A DNA stretch of 64,000 nucleotides from Leucoraja ocellata (GCA_036785375.1 JAWMAR010000216.1:2480001-2544000); one strand, 5' to 3'; counted from the stretch's first letter, positions 36,101-49,695 are shown. Translations and numbers: made by a program. Notes: generated by a model from the letters alone, not told the origin.

Positions 36101-39049
36101 CTGCAGATGCTGGAATCTTGAGGAAAAAGCAAACTGCTGGTGCAACTCAGCAGGTCATGCAGCATCTGTGGGGTCGAGGTGTGGGAGGGATTAGGCAGGC
36201 AATGTTTCAGGTTGGGATCCTTATTCATATGCTTTTGGGGGCTTATTTTGTGTCACTATTTTGCTTTTCTACAGATGCTGTTTTGGTTGATCTCTAAGGA
36301 CAGTTTGTAGATGTGCACTCACCAGGTCAGAAGAATATAAATAAAACTTCCAGAAGGACGAAGCTCAACCTCGACTTTTCTTGTATGTTAAGGTATGACA
36401 TGAGCCTATCCACAATGTTTAAGATGTTGGTTGCTCTGCTCTTTTCAGATTCTGCATGTGTGAAAAGTTGCTTGTATTGAACTGGTGGCCTATAAGTTTC
36501 ATTTTAAATGATTAGACCAGCAATAAGTAACTGGATAGCTTACAAAGAGGATTATAGGCACTGGAAAGATGTAGGGCATTATTTTAACATTTGGTTTGAT
36601 ATTGAACATCCAACCACTTAGTAGTGATTTATACTATTGTGATTTTTACAAAAAGAGTTTGAGGCATCAGTTATTGCATTGGATATGATCTGCTTAGAAA
36701 TGGTCATAGTTTGAAAAAGAGTACAGATGATCTGAGCGGGCCATTTATTTTTCTAGGCACTTCGTACATTGAGAGGAATCTGGTGTCTTCTAGTGCCTTG
36801 GCTGGTCTTGGTTTGATTCTGGGTGATGTACAGCTCTGTTATGCTGGGTGGTAAAGTTTTGATTTAGCACATCAATGAAGTGAAGTCTGACCTCCATCAG
36901 AGATTCACTAAAGTTTGTGAAGCTGAAATCTTGAGCGACTTGATTTATTGGGTGATATACATGTCAAAGCACAGGCATGCCTACTTTGCATTAGCCATTG
37001 CTTGTTAAAATATGGAAGCAAGATTCGTCTTCTCCCTTTCCTAGCTTGGGGCTATTGGGATCCATTGCAGTCTCGTATCTGGATATCATAGTCCAAAAAT
37101 ACAAAAGAGATTGAGATTGATATTTGAATCATCTAGCCTTTGAGGGGTGACTTTTTGTTTAATAAGTAGTTTTATTCTGGATTGAATATTGCTGCATCAA
37201 CCGGTGCTAATATTCTATCAGCGGATGGAGTGCAGATATCAAATACCACTTTCAGTGCTAAAAATACTTTTGCAAATCTTAAGGATTTTACTTTTTGCAT
37301 TTGATTGTAAAATCTTCTCACTGCAACTGAGAATTCATCACTATAAATCAAGACTTTCTTTTCTCTGAAGTAACTTGGTGCCTTCACTTTGCCACAGTGA
37401 TAGATATGCCCATGCTTTACTTGTTTATATTCTATACCTTGCAGTGTTTCATGTGGTTTGTTCTGGTTAAGTGTAAACTTTCAACTGATGGGCCAGAAAT
37501 GGTAAGAGTCCTTGACCTTACACAGGTGCTACCTGCCCTGTGAGCTTGTCCTGCATTTTCTGTTTTTGTTTTAGATTTCCCGCTTCCTGTTTTTTTATTT
37601 TTTAAACTATCTATAAATATTCCATGTGTTGCTTAAAGAGCCGAGGTGTTCAGTTATTACTTGAACTGGCATACTGATTTGCCAGAAGAACTGGCAGTGA
37701 GTATTGGAAATACCAAAGCTGAATAGTTCAGTTATTCATTGGAACCCCAGAACTTTATCTAAGCCATCATGTCAATTGCAGCTTTATTATATTGTTTTAA
37801 TAGTTCTCAAATTGAAATAAATACCTGTCCATATCTATTATGAGATTTTTTTTTAAAGCCCATGTTTGTTTGATAAAGTATTTTATGATCTATTAATAAC
37901 TGTTGTCACTCAAACTCTTGTGGGCCTGGATATCAGCTTGGTAAAATATGGATAAATAAAGATCCCTTTGTGAATCTTCTGCATTTTCTTGCTGCTCCAA
38001 AACACCATCTGTTCCTCATTTATAAAAAAAAAAGTTTGCAGGTCATTTATCCACTGTGAATAAAACTACATCTTCCGGATTTGTCCTCATTCTCATCTCC
38101 TCTCGCCACCCCCTCCTCAATGTAATTTCTATTTAGAATGAAGTCATGACTGTCTTGTGTTCCACTTTTAGTTATTTTTAAATATAGGAACTCTATTATA
38201 ACTTGCCACTTGCTGTACATATTTGTCTATTTATTATTCTGTCAGTTTGTATCAAGGCTTGATTTTGTTTGTATGTTTTACTTAGAAATCCATCGTGCCT
38301 TTTTCTAGAAGCTGACTGATTTAGATTATCAATATTTTTTATTTAGAAACTAGTCATTAGTTTGGCATGTATAGCCATTTCAATTACTTTACAAAGAACT
38401 TGTGCATTTTATTTTTTAGACAACAAATTTATCTCCTTGTTATATCAGCACAAATTTTATACAGGATAAGAGCTTCCCCACTGATTTTCACCGAAAGCAG
38501 TGTCAGGATAACGCAGGCTGCAAAATTTGGCAGCACACTGCCTGTTGTTTGGGTGCTTCTGGTGTCACTTTGCTTCCAATTTGGCATGGAGTGCACATTT
38601 GTAGGATGAGTTGTGCCGCCCCCAACTTGGAAAGGGTGCTGGCACATGCTGTGCTCTCAATAGTAATGGCTGTCAACTTGTATTCCTATAGATTCTCTTA
38701 ATTGAGGGATTAAAACAAAGCACTGTTAAGGCACTTCAAGTTCATTCTCGTACAAAATTCAGCTGTGGCTGTCTCTGCCTCCTGCTGAGTCTGCTCAGAA
38801 ATTTTTCTGCATCTGTGTGGGGAAAGGCGATTTCTCCATCTCAACCACAAAATTTACTGCTGCACCAGAAGATTTGGGGTACAACCTGTTGCCACCGTTG
38901 TGCCAACTCTCTGTGCAAGCTGCAACATTAACTGAAATAGCTGCCAAAACTAGGAGCTAGATTGCACTTTTCTTTTAAGTAGTCAGCTAGCTATAAACAA
39001 CACGAGGTAGGGCAGTATCTGTACCTCATGGAATTATAACACTGGCGTT

Positions 39050-40310
39050 TACCTGACAATGTGGACAATTGCTCCCTCTTGTCCTATTTACAAAAAGCAG
39101 AGGAAATCCAATCTGACTGATGACTGCCTGATTAGTTTACTCTCAATCATTGGCAAATTGATCAATGGTGCTATCAAGTGGCTATTACTTATCAATAATC
39201 TTCTTGCAAATGCCCAGTTTGGGCTTCAACAGGATTGCTCATTGCTGCCTCGGTGTAACCATAGGTCCAAGAGCTGAATTTTAAAGGTGAAAAAATTAAT
39301 GTTGCCCTTGAAATCAAGGCAGCATTTGACCAAGTGTGACATCAAAGCATCTTAGTAGAATTGTGGCCTGTGAGCTTCAAAGGGAACGTACTTCAATGCT
39401 TGGAATCGTAAGGAAGATGGTTATCAAGAGATGAGTCAATTAGCCCCCAAGCATCACAATAGGAACTGCTCAAGGCAGTGCCTTAGGCCCAACTGCCTTC
39501 AGCATCTTCACCAATGACCTTCCTCCCATCCTGAAGTGGGAATGTTTACTAATGATAGGAAACATTATGCAACTCCTCCTCAGTAAATGAAGCAGTCCAC
39601 GCTTGCATACAGCAAGACCTAAATCACATTCAGGCACGGTTTGTAATATGGAAAAGAACATTCACATCACAAAATTCCCAGGCAACGACCATCTCTAATA
39701 AAAGAAAGCTGAACCATTCAATGCCATTACTACTGCTGAGTCGCACAATCTCAATACCTTCAGGTTACCATTGACCAGAAATTCAGCTGGAATAGCTGTG
39801 AGTACTGTGGCTACGAGAGCAAGTTAGAAGTTGGGTGTCGGGCAGCAACTCATTTTGTGACATTCCCATGTTTTTTCCACTGTCTATGTGGCACAAGTTA
39901 AGGGCCTGATGGACTTCTTTCCACCTGACTGGATGACTGGAGTGCCAACATCATTCAGGAAGCTCGATGCCATCAGGCACAAAGCAGCCCACTTGATTGA
40001 CACCCCACCAACCATACTTTACATCCATTCCCTCCACCGACAGTCTACAGTGGCCACATGGTGTATCACCTGCAAAATACACATTCAGGAGGTACAACAG
40101 TGCTCCCAAATCCACAAACTCCACCAACAGGATTGGAATCGCCATTTCTGCAAGTTCCTCTCCAAGTCACACACCATAATGACTTCATTCTTCTTCATTG
40201 TTGGGTATTAAACCTTGAACTCCCTGGCTTAAGAGCACCTTGACCAGAGAGATGGCAGCAGTTCAAGGGGACAGCTCATCAGCAATGTTACTAAGGACAA
40301 TTAGGGATGA
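39050..40310 (+). mobile_element. Ancient CR1-group LINE ORF2 remnant
   Basis: IYKKQRKSNLTDDCLISLLSIIGK...NNLLANAQFGLQQ; gctcaaggcagtgccttaggccca (QGSxLGP). Confidence 0.8.
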
Positions 40311-40899
40311 TCAAAGCCCGTCTTGAAGTGATAATCAGATCACAAAACTAAATTGGGGTGGGGAGGATGAGAGATGCCGTGTGTTGTGGTTTATAGCAAC
40401 CAAACTGTATTGCAATTTCATGCGTGCTGTGTGGTTTTAAATGGGTTAATTGTGCTTCATGATGTTAACGTATTTTCCACCACTATTCAGTTTAGTCCCG
40501 TTTGGTTCTAAAACAGTAGCTCCAAAGTTAATTGTTGATGAAATATGTTAAAACACCATCCATCTAACTTGTCCTGCACCAGTAAGCTTTAATGTAATTA
40601 AAGTATGATTGAAACTGATTTGAAGATATTTTGGTTCTGATTAATCCTGGGTGTTTGATGTGTGCAAGTGTGATCTGAATTGTGTTTTGGTCCACCCTGA
40701 TGCTGAAATAGAGTGGAGTAAAACTTCCTGGAGAAAAGAAACCTTGCATAGTGGCGGCTTTAGGATTTAACACCCTTTTTATTTCATTAGCAAGCAGAAG
40801 CTGTAAACATGTGGCCACGTGTAATCTTCACTGCACCATTACAAACAAGTCAGGGGATCAACCATGGTTTAATGAGTGCTGAAATCTCTGGAACAGCAC

Positions 40900-41480
40900 T
40901 CTGTCTAAACGTAAGATGCCATCACGTGAAACTGAGCACGGGACTGCAAGCTCCATTCGGTGAACTGCTCTGAGCGATCACGTAACCAATGAATCCGAAC
41001 AAAGTTCTGCAACCTTGTCAAAAATAGTTTTGAATGATAACAGAAAATTAAGCAGCAACGTGAGAAGATGACTCCAAGTACATCCCCACCCTCAATGGTG
41101 GCAAGGGACTGCACGTGAGTGCTTAAGACATGTTTGATGTAATCACAACAATACTCAGTCAAATGTGCTCAATGAATGATCCATCTTGACTTCTTACTGA
41201 GATCTCCACAATCACAGAAACAGTCTTTTCAACAATTTGATTAACTTCACGTGGTAGCAAAAAGTAGTTCAGATTTCTGGCTACTCAACAGTTCAGCTGT
41301 GGTAATGTGGAGATGTGCTCCAGAATGAGGCACACCTTCACTCGAGTTTGCCCTACACTGGCATTCACCTGATGACACAGAACATTTCTCAGGCAAATCT
41401 TGTTCAGGATAAATTCCTGCCCGTCGGTCTGCTCCAATCATTAACACATGTTGTGGCAAACTTTGTCATTGGTACTGTCA
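40900..41480 (-). mobile_element. Possible ancient LINE RT remnant
   Basis: ORF pieces SSEGVPHSGAHL and DVLGVIFS occur in the order expected for the GVPQGSxL and DLGVxF motifs. Confidence 0.4.
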
Positions 41481-42407
41481 AGTGATATCTAAAGAACTTG
41501 CTCACCAATTCCCAGTTTGAGCTTTGCCAGAACCATTTGGTTCTAGAGCCCACCATAATCTTGGTTCAAACAGGAATCGGAGCTGAAGGCAGTGACTGCC
41601 TTTGATCTCCAACCTGTGTTTGACTGAATGTGACACCAAAGAGCTTGTTAAAGTTGAAATTATAGTGAATCGAGGGCAAAGCACTGCAATGGTTGGAGCC
41701 ATATCTCGTACAAAAGAAGATGGCTACGATCAACCAAAACGTCTGAAGAAATGGTGTGAAGAATCATTGGCCGGGTTATGAGACAGATGTTGGAGAATTA
41801 AGAGGTGTTGGAGTGACTTGTTTGTCAGTGTACAAATGGAAGTAATCTCCTATATTCAGGTGATTTTTGTCAAGAGCATGTAGATGATGAGCTAAAAGAC
41901 TTCAAGGTAGTCATTTTGGGTAATGATGTAGGATTGGAAAGATATATCATTGCTGAACACTTCAGAGGTGTGCACCTAAATAAGTGAAACAATTGTGCAG
42001 TGGAAATATACCATGAGTTGGACTAAATTGGAGAAAGAAAGTTGAAAAAGGACACGTGTTGTTTGATTATTGTGGGCCTGTTCCAGTACTGTTCTATGAT
42101 TATGTAAATAATTTTAGGGGATACCATCTGAACAGAGGCATACAAGTCTTCAAGGCTGGGCATTGTACTGTGACAACATGTTTGGAGAAATATTCTGATA
42201 AAAGTGAGAAAAGAATATAGCAAATTCTTTGAGAAACTGATTGGAGTTAAAAGTATAAGATTTAAGGACCCTTTTTCCAAAGGATCAGAAGTGAGTTCTG
42301 TGTCCTACAAAATTTCATCTGGAACTATTTTTGTTTTTATTAGTTGCTGGAATAATACAAATCAGAAGAGAGGCGTACTTACATTTCTGAGAGCCAAAAC
42401 AAGCTTG

Positions 42408-42685
42408 GTTGGCGCAGCGGTAGAGTTGCTGCCTTGCCAGAGACACGGTTTTGTTCCTGACCACAGATGCTGTCTGTACGGAGTTTGGTCGTTCTCATGG
42501 GGTTTTTTCTGAGTGCTCAGATGCCCTTTCACAAAACCAAAGATGAGCAGGTTTGTAGATTAATTGGCTTTGGTACAATTGTAAATTTGTCCCTTGTGTG
42601 TAGGATAGTGTTAGTGTACAGGGTGACCACTGGCAAACGTGGGCTAAAGGTCCTATTTCTGAGCTATATCTCTGAAGTCTAAAGT
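42408..42685 (+). mobile_element. HE1-like V-SINE
   Basis: A-box-like ttggcgcagcggtagag, degenerate B box, V-domain, ttaattggct..., CR1-like tail gggctaaaggtcctatttc. Confidence 0.85.
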
Positions 42686-43829
42686 TATAAGGTGATATTA
42701 ATAACATGATGGGAAGGACAAAAGGACTGCCAATGGTTGGAAAAAAAGAAAATAAATAAATGTTGTATTAAGATTGACTAACATGCTAGGAGTAGTAAGC
42801 AGGAGAAACCTCTCGTGTGCAAAGCACCAGCAAAATTGGTGATTGCAGCAGAGATGGGAAAAGCTTGAGTGTGTGATTGAAGTACAGAAGGAGGAACAAG
42901 GGATGCATGTGGTATTGTTGTTACTATTTGGACAGAGAGCCCACAGCACTTAACATCTAAATGAATAATTTGATCAGTCAATTTTAATGTTTTACCTTTT
43001 GCACAATCAGGTTACTATATTTTTCTTGGAGTGTCAGAGCAACTGAAAACAAAAATAAATCCAGAGTTTCCTGTTTAAAAACTTTGCATGAGGGTATGTC
43101 TTGTGAACCTCTACAGACTTCAATTTATCCCGAGTGATTAGGAGTGGGATGATTCATTGGATTCACACAAGAACGGTTGATGTGTTACATGCATATGTTC
43201 TTTTTGAGTATTCATAAGAAAACTAAGGCAGTAGACGTTTCTTCTACAAGTATGGATTTGCATGTAACGTGTTGGTGCTTTAGATACAGCAATTTTCGAG
43301 TGACATGCACAGATTTAAACCAATTTTGGATAGACGTGTATTTGTAGAATCAAACTGGTTTAAAAACCTTGTTATTCTGAATATTTTGTCTTGGAGATGG
43401 AATGTACAATCAAATACTTATGTATTGTCAGCCCATAGATTTGTCTTCTCCTCTGCCTGTCTGCAATTTCTTCACAATCTGCCTATACCCAAAGAGCATT
43501 GTCCGTCAAATTGTGTTGGACCAGAGTTCCATTGTTCCATTTGGGTCACACGAGCAATGCAGCAGCTTTTATGATGATTGTCCAACAATATCCCACAAAT
43601 ATCGAGGTTAATTAAATTTAAGTTTGCATTTTATCTTCCCCCCCCCCCCAATTTAAATGAGCCATTTCTTCAGAATAAAAGACACTGCTGATGTATATCC
43701 ATTTGACTTAAAATCAATTGGTGATGGTCACATTTTCAAGTGAAGAATCCAATTAATATATAGCAGGTTGCTTAATTCTCCATTTCCGTCATAACCATTC
43801 CACATTCTTCAAATTTCTTTAGTGAACAT

Positions 43830-44146
43830 GGTTTCTCCCTTCTGTCATAGATAGGTCCTTCACACACACTTCCTCTCTCCCATAGTTCTGCTCAAGCTCC
43901 CCCTAGCCCCAGACGCAACAAGGCCAAAGTTCTCCTGGTCCTCGCCTTTCGTCTACCAGCTTCCACATACAACACATCATCCTCCGACATTGCCGTCACC
44001 CCACTTGATCCCACCACTAATCAAATTTTCCCATCTCCAGAGACCGCTCCCTCCGCAACTCCTTGGTTTACACATCCCTTCCCACACAAACTACCCCCTC
44101 CCCAGGTACTTTCCCCTGCAACCACAGGAGATGTAACACCTGCCCA
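43830..44146 (+). mobile_element. Penelope-like ORF remnant (RT to GIY-YIG linker)
   Basis: RNKAKVLLVLAF...HIQHIILRH...RDRSLRNSLVYTSLPTQTTPSPGTFPCNHRRCNTCP (PLE zinc-knuckle C..C..C). Confidence 0.75.
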
Positions 44147-44354
44147 CCTGTTCCCTCTCACCAATATCCACATTCTTCAGGGGCAGTGAGTGTTTTTTCC
44201 AATGTCCTGAACAGATTATGTATTTGTAATTACCTTAGTTATAAAAAAATAGAACCTTTGGTGCATTACTGAAGTGTCAGCATTTAAGACGTACAGGTTT
44301 GTAGGTTAATTGGCTTGTGTATGTAAATTGTCCCTAGTGTAAATTGTCCCTACA

Positions 44355-44505
44355 TCCCGACCTATCTGATCCCAGTGTACCTACGGCTGGCTTTACGAGC
44401 CTCTACAGACTCGCTACGGATTGCTACGGACATTCTCCGAGTTTGAATCAAGGGGACAACTGAGATGAATTCGTGAGTAACTCGGGAAAGTGGGGCAGGG
44501 GCTGA
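44355..44505. mobile_element. PIF/Harbinger-like MITE terminal fragment
   Basis: Reverse-complement similarity to 61000-61110 (gagtttgaatca, ttacgagcc); ends gtggggcaggggc. Confidence 0.55.
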
Positions 44506-45109
44506 AGGCAGCAGATGTCAGCCTGGCAAGAGGCATGCACACCCTGTGAAAGAACTATAGAAAATGAAGCCTTAATCCACATTCTGGGATTATAAATTAA
44601 TTACCTTGTTTTAAACTGGAAATATATTTCTATTTATGCCATGTAGTAATGCAAGTACTCCATTCACTGGCTATTTATCTATTTCTTTTTTAAGAATTAC
44701 ACAACTGACTGTTTTATGACACCTTCAGCTTTCCCGACACGGCAGCAGAGAAGCCACTTTCGTCAGCAGAGTGGAACTGACCCAATTCTGACGTGAAATG
44801 TTGGCTGTGGTTCTTGTGTGTGAATACAGGTCTGCTGTGGGGATAAGGGAGTCGGTATTAGTAGTGCAAATTCCAGGCTCTTGCTCAGGCGCCAGTCTCC
44901 CCGAATCCAAACTAAAACAGTGGTGGTATAAAAGTGACTTTGTGATCTCTACACCAGACAAAATTCAAAAGCTAATCTGAATCTGCAGACCCCCCACACA
45001 ATGAAAACAAAGGCTTTTGGATTTGGCTGTGAACAAGCAGGCAATTTATTTGAAGTGTTTGTTACTTGTTCCACCTGAAATCTGTTCCATGAGTGAATCT
45101 GATCCGAAA

Positions 45110-46510
45110 AGGTGCAGTGGAGATCACTGCAAGTTCCAAGTATAGTGGGTTGGAATTTGCTGGAGAAAAGCAACTCCAGTGTTCCTGTTTGTCATCTACA
45201 TCAATGATTTGGATGAGAACATACAGGGCAAGATTAACAAGTTTGTTGATGATACAAAAGTTAGTGGCTTTGCAAACAGTGAAGATAGTTGTGAATGATT
45301 GCAGCAGAATCTGGATCAATTGGCCAGGTGGGTTGATGGAATTTAATACAGAGAAGTGTGAGGTGTTGCATTTTGGGACGTCAAACAAGGGCAGGACCTA
45401 CACAGTAAATGGTAGGCCTCTGGGTAGTGCTGTAGAGCAGAGGGATCTAGGAGTACAGGTGCATGGTTCGATGAACGTCAAGTTGCAGGTAAATAAGGTG
45501 GTCAAAAAGGCTTTTGGCTCTGGTCTTCATCAGCCAGAGTATTGAGTATAGAAGTTGGGAGGTCATGTTGCAGTTGTATAAGACATTGAGACCGCATTTA
45601 GAATATTGTTCTGGGCACCATTTTATAGGAAAGATATTGTCAAGTTTGAAAGGGTTCAGAAAAGATTTACGAGGATGTTGCCAGGACTAGAGGGTGAGCT
45701 ATAGGGAGAGGTTGAGTAGGCTGGGTCTCTATTCCATGGAGCATAGGAGGATGATGGGAGATCTATAAGTCTTACAACACAATACAATACAATTTATTTG
45801 TCGTTTGGACCCCGTTGAGGTCCAAACGAAATGTCGTTTCTGCAGTCATACATACAAAACGAAAAAGACCCAAGACACAACACAATTTACATAAACATCC
45901 TTCACAGCGCATCTTCTCCTCGCTGTGAAGGAAGGCAAAAAAAAACATATCTCTCCCCTGCACTCCCCTCTCCCCCCCATGTCAGAGTCAAAGACAGAGT
46001 CAAAGCCCCCAGCGGGCGATGTTAAATGTCCCGCAGCCATTAAAGCCACGCCGGGTGATGCAAGGCCAAGCCGGGTCTTGGTGTTGGAGCCCCGGCGGGC
46101 TCTTGGTGTTGGAGCCCCGGCGGGTGCTCACAAAGTCCCGCGGCAATTCCAAGCCGTTAAACATAAATATACAGATTCATGAGAGGAATAGATCGGGTAG
46201 ATGCACAGAGTCTTTAACCCAGTGTAGGGGAATCGAGGACCAGAGGACATAGGTTCAAGGTGAAGGGGAAAAGATTTAATAGGAATCCGAGGGGTAACCT
46301 TTTCACACAGAGGGTGGTAGGTGTATGGAACAAGCTGCCAGAGGAGGTAGTTGAGGCTGGTGGGACTAACCTATCTTTTAAGAAACAGTTGGACAGGTAC
46401 GTAGATAGGACGGGTTTGGAGGATTATGAACCAAGCGCAGGCAAGTGGGACTAGGGTAGCTGGGACATTGTTGGGCGAGTTGTGCCGAGGGGCCTGTTTC
46501 CACACTGTAT
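45110..46510 (+). mobile_element. CR1 LINE ORF2 3' half and tail, interrupted at 45772-46160
   Basis: MEFNTEKCEVLHFG...EQRDLGVQVHGS; RGNLFTQRVVGVWNKLPEEVV. Confidence 0.92.
45772..46160 (-). mobile_element. Truncated non-coding retroposon with Rex1-type tail, nested in CR1
   Basis: Reverse complement: tgccttccttcacagcgaggagaagatgcgctgtgaaggatgtttatgtaaatt...tcgtttggacc...ggtccaaacgacaaataaa(ttgta)n. Internal ~26-bp duplication at 46072-46124. Confidence 0.75.
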
Positions 46511-47503
46511 CCTTCCAGATGAGATGCACGATGTGAAGAACTAAGATGAAGGTTGATTCAGATAAAGTAGGAGAGATTGAACGATATAAAGACAGAATTA
46601 AGAGATAAAAAAAATAGAAAGGGGAGGTAAAATTGTAATTTTAACATAAATATCTGGCATGAATTTAATAAGCATCTAATGTGCAAATACAACATCCCTG
46701 TGGGAAAACACAGAAGAAATTTAGTCAAAGATGCAATTTTTGCAAACTGATGGTTAATATATCAGGATATTGCTTACTTGCACAAATTTATGGACAGTTT
46801 GCATGTTAATTCTTTTCAATTTGGTTAATTTTATTTAAGTTAATACAAGCCCCATTTTGATTGGAACGTTTCATTTTAAAGTGAATGGAAGAATTATTGA
46901 TTGGAGAACCGAGCAGAGTTATTATTTGAATATAACTAGATTGGAACTCATGATTACATTGCATAATGATTTATTCTTTTGAATGAATTTTCCCTCTATT
47001 TAGTTTAAAAGCATCTTGCTTTTAACTGTTTATCGGAATTAACAAAAAAATTGAAGCAACCAAAGTTGGCAGTGCCTGTTATTCATGTGCACTGCTCATT
47101 GTATTGTTTGACCTAACTGTCCTTCTTTTGTCCAAATACTATTTATTTTCTGGGGAAAAAATGAACTAAACTTAAAACAAGTAATTGAAAGCGTTGAACT
47201 AACACTGAATCTTATTGAAAGATAACTTTCCTTCCTCTTTCCCTCTTAATCCAAAGCCTGATAATTTTCATAGAAGTTTTTGGATACTAGCTAAGAAACG
47301 GGGTATTACCTCAGACAATGCTAGGAATCCTTGTGCAACTATGCTGCCGTTTACATGGAATCCAGTGGTGGAGCAAACTGACATACTTGGCTTTCAATTG
47401 ATAACTCTGCCTTCTGCGTTTGACAGTGGATGCATAGACTGTCTTTAAGAGCATCAAAAGTTTACCTGGTGTCATAAGCCCACAGCATCAAGATAATTAA
47501 CTT

Positions 47504-47704
47504 GGGTACACAAAAATGCTGGAGAAACTCAGCGGGTGCAGCAGCATCTATGGAGCAAAGGAAATAGGTGATGTTTCGGGCCGAAACCCTTCTGCCCGAA
47601 ATGTCACCTATTTCCTTCGCTCCATAGATGCTGCTGCACCCGCTGAGTTTCTCCAGCATTTTTGTGTACCTTCGATTTTCCAGCATCTGCAGTTCCTTCT
47701 TGAA
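47504..47704. mobile_element. Young fold-back PLE terminal-repeat insertion (77-bp arms)
   Basis: Arms 47505-47581 and 47594-47670 are inverted with 3 mismatches. 15-bp TSD caagataattaactt at 47489-47503 and 47705-47719. Confidence 0.92.
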
Positions 47705-49459
47705 CAAGATAATTAACTTTGCTTGTTCAGGTTATCGTGCTTTTGGTGCTCTTGTTTATCTGAACAGGTTTTTTTTACAAGTTTATCTGAAGGCTGGAAT
47801 ATTCGTATCAAGTGTTTGAAATCTTGAACATATTTCATCTGAAGTGTAGAAAGAAAACTGCTTTGTTTTTCCGATCATATGGTAATACCAGCTCCTATGG
47901 TCCCTAGGGTATGGAGAACAAGTAATGGAACATTAACTTATAGTTTAGGTTTAAGCCTACCAAAGGGAGAAAGTAAACTTTAACATGCTTGTGGTCACTG
48001 GTGTGCCCTCTGACAATAACCTATACAATTTATTACCTGCAATAAAAACAAAGTGTCACTATAGTTGAGTTTGAAATACCTGCCAAACCTACTGAATGCA
48101 GTCATTTGTTCTCGGTCCATGATTATATTAATGGTTGTTCCAAATTGTATAATTTGGCTTCACCTCATGCAATGTGTCCAGAAATGATATCTCTCTACAG
48201 AATTTACCACATTGTTTACAATAGAACGGCAAACCAAATAAGCCTGAGGGAATTTAATTAGACGGCTGCACTTATAGAGTTTGGTTAATGTTGGGCACTG
48301 ATATGCATCAGTTAAAGGTGGTTGAAATGAGCATCATCTGGTGACATTGAAGTGTATTTTAATTGATGGGATTTTGAACCTGATCTTCCAAGGAGATGTC
48401 TCATAGATCAAATGGGTATCCTTCAGCTCGGAGGGCCTGCCTCCAGCTGACAAAGTAACCTCTGTGCAGCCAACAGAATGTTTTGTCTGCATTGCACGTA
48501 GTGCAGAAAATGTACAGAAATCATTATCCATGGCACTAGCTTCCCTACTTGTTGCATTTTTATTCTGGGCGTCCTTTCATGCAAAAAATCACAAACTTCA
48601 ATGAATTCAGACTTCCTTAGACCCTGAATTAATTTGTCAAGTGCTCCTCATCTTGCCGTGACCTACTCAATCAGATTCTCTGGTGTTCCTGATTTGGACA
48701 GAATTATTCAGAATTCCTCTTGCTTAATGTCCGGTAAAGCTTGTTCTGAGTTACTTAGGCTCTGAGCAGAGGCGCATTTAACAAATATGGAGGATTTTCC
48801 ATCATTTAAGACTATTCCTTATCTGCTAAAGGATATATCCACCACTGAAAATCTGACCAAGAGTCTTTCAGCTGAAATTTAACTGTTTCCTTGCCACAGA
48901 TATTGCCTGAAGTGAGTTTCCATCATTTTTAGCTTTTATTCAGATTTCCAGCATTGGTTTGACATTGGCATTAATATTAAAAGTATTTGTTTATGTTCAG
49001 GTTATTTTAGTTTTCCATGTCTTATGTTAATTTGAACCTTGGTTGTTCCTAATTGAAGCTTCATTTAAAACAGCAGCTAATGATTTTGTTATCATTTGTT
49101 TTAAATAATTTTGGGAAGATTATTTTTATCCTTGTGGCAATTTATGTGTTTAGGTAATTGCCATTGTTTACTGTAAGCTGCTCTGACAAAGTAGATACCC
49201 TCCAATGCCCATGTTCATGGAGTTGTGTTATCATTTTATGGATGGGCAATTTCAGGAAAGCCTTCTTAGTTCTTGGTTTCTTGGTCCTCCAAAATATTCC
49301 AAATGGAATTTAAACTGGAGGTGGTGGAGGGAGGACTTTAGCCAGAAAGGGTTATTGGGAAGAAAGAGCTACTTTAAATTTAGTTGCATCTGGTTGGGTA
49401 ACTATAGTAGGGTGGAGATTATTCCATGCTTTAATTGTGCGGAGGAAGAATGAATTGCT

Positions 49460-49695
49460 GTCGTTGTAGCTGGGATCACAAATTGGATCGAATGCCCTCG
49501 TCTGCTCCTAATTGGTTTGGGTTTGGTGTAGGTCTTGTAATCTATGGCGAGCTGACCATTTAACATTTTGTAAAAACAGATCAAACGGTGAGCTTCACGT
49601 CTGTCTTGGAGAGGGTTCCACCCCAGAGAATTCAGAAGTTTGGTGACACTCGCTTCTCTCTCATAGGTGTTTGTAACAAATCGAGCTGCCTGTCT
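49460..49695 (-). mobile_element. CR1-group LINE ORF2 C-terminal fragment from a different family
   Basis: Open frame RQAARFVTNTYEREASVTKLLNSLGWNPLQDRREAHRLICFYKMLNG...RRGHSIQFVIP. Confidence 0.8.

Noticed and set aside
41885-41957. ATGATGA...CTGA spaced like a C/D box snoRNA
   Set aside because: No convincing terminal stem or D' box and no rRNA-complementary guide that I can recognise; expected by chance.
42408-42470. tRNA-like sequence (also heads near 11.8, 51.4 and 52.8 kb)
   Set aside because: SINE heads followed by V-domain and LINE tail; no cloverleaf.
47462-47716. Mirror-image ORFs on both strands (MLEKLSGCSSIYGAKEIGD)
   Set aside because: Artefact of the inverted repeat.
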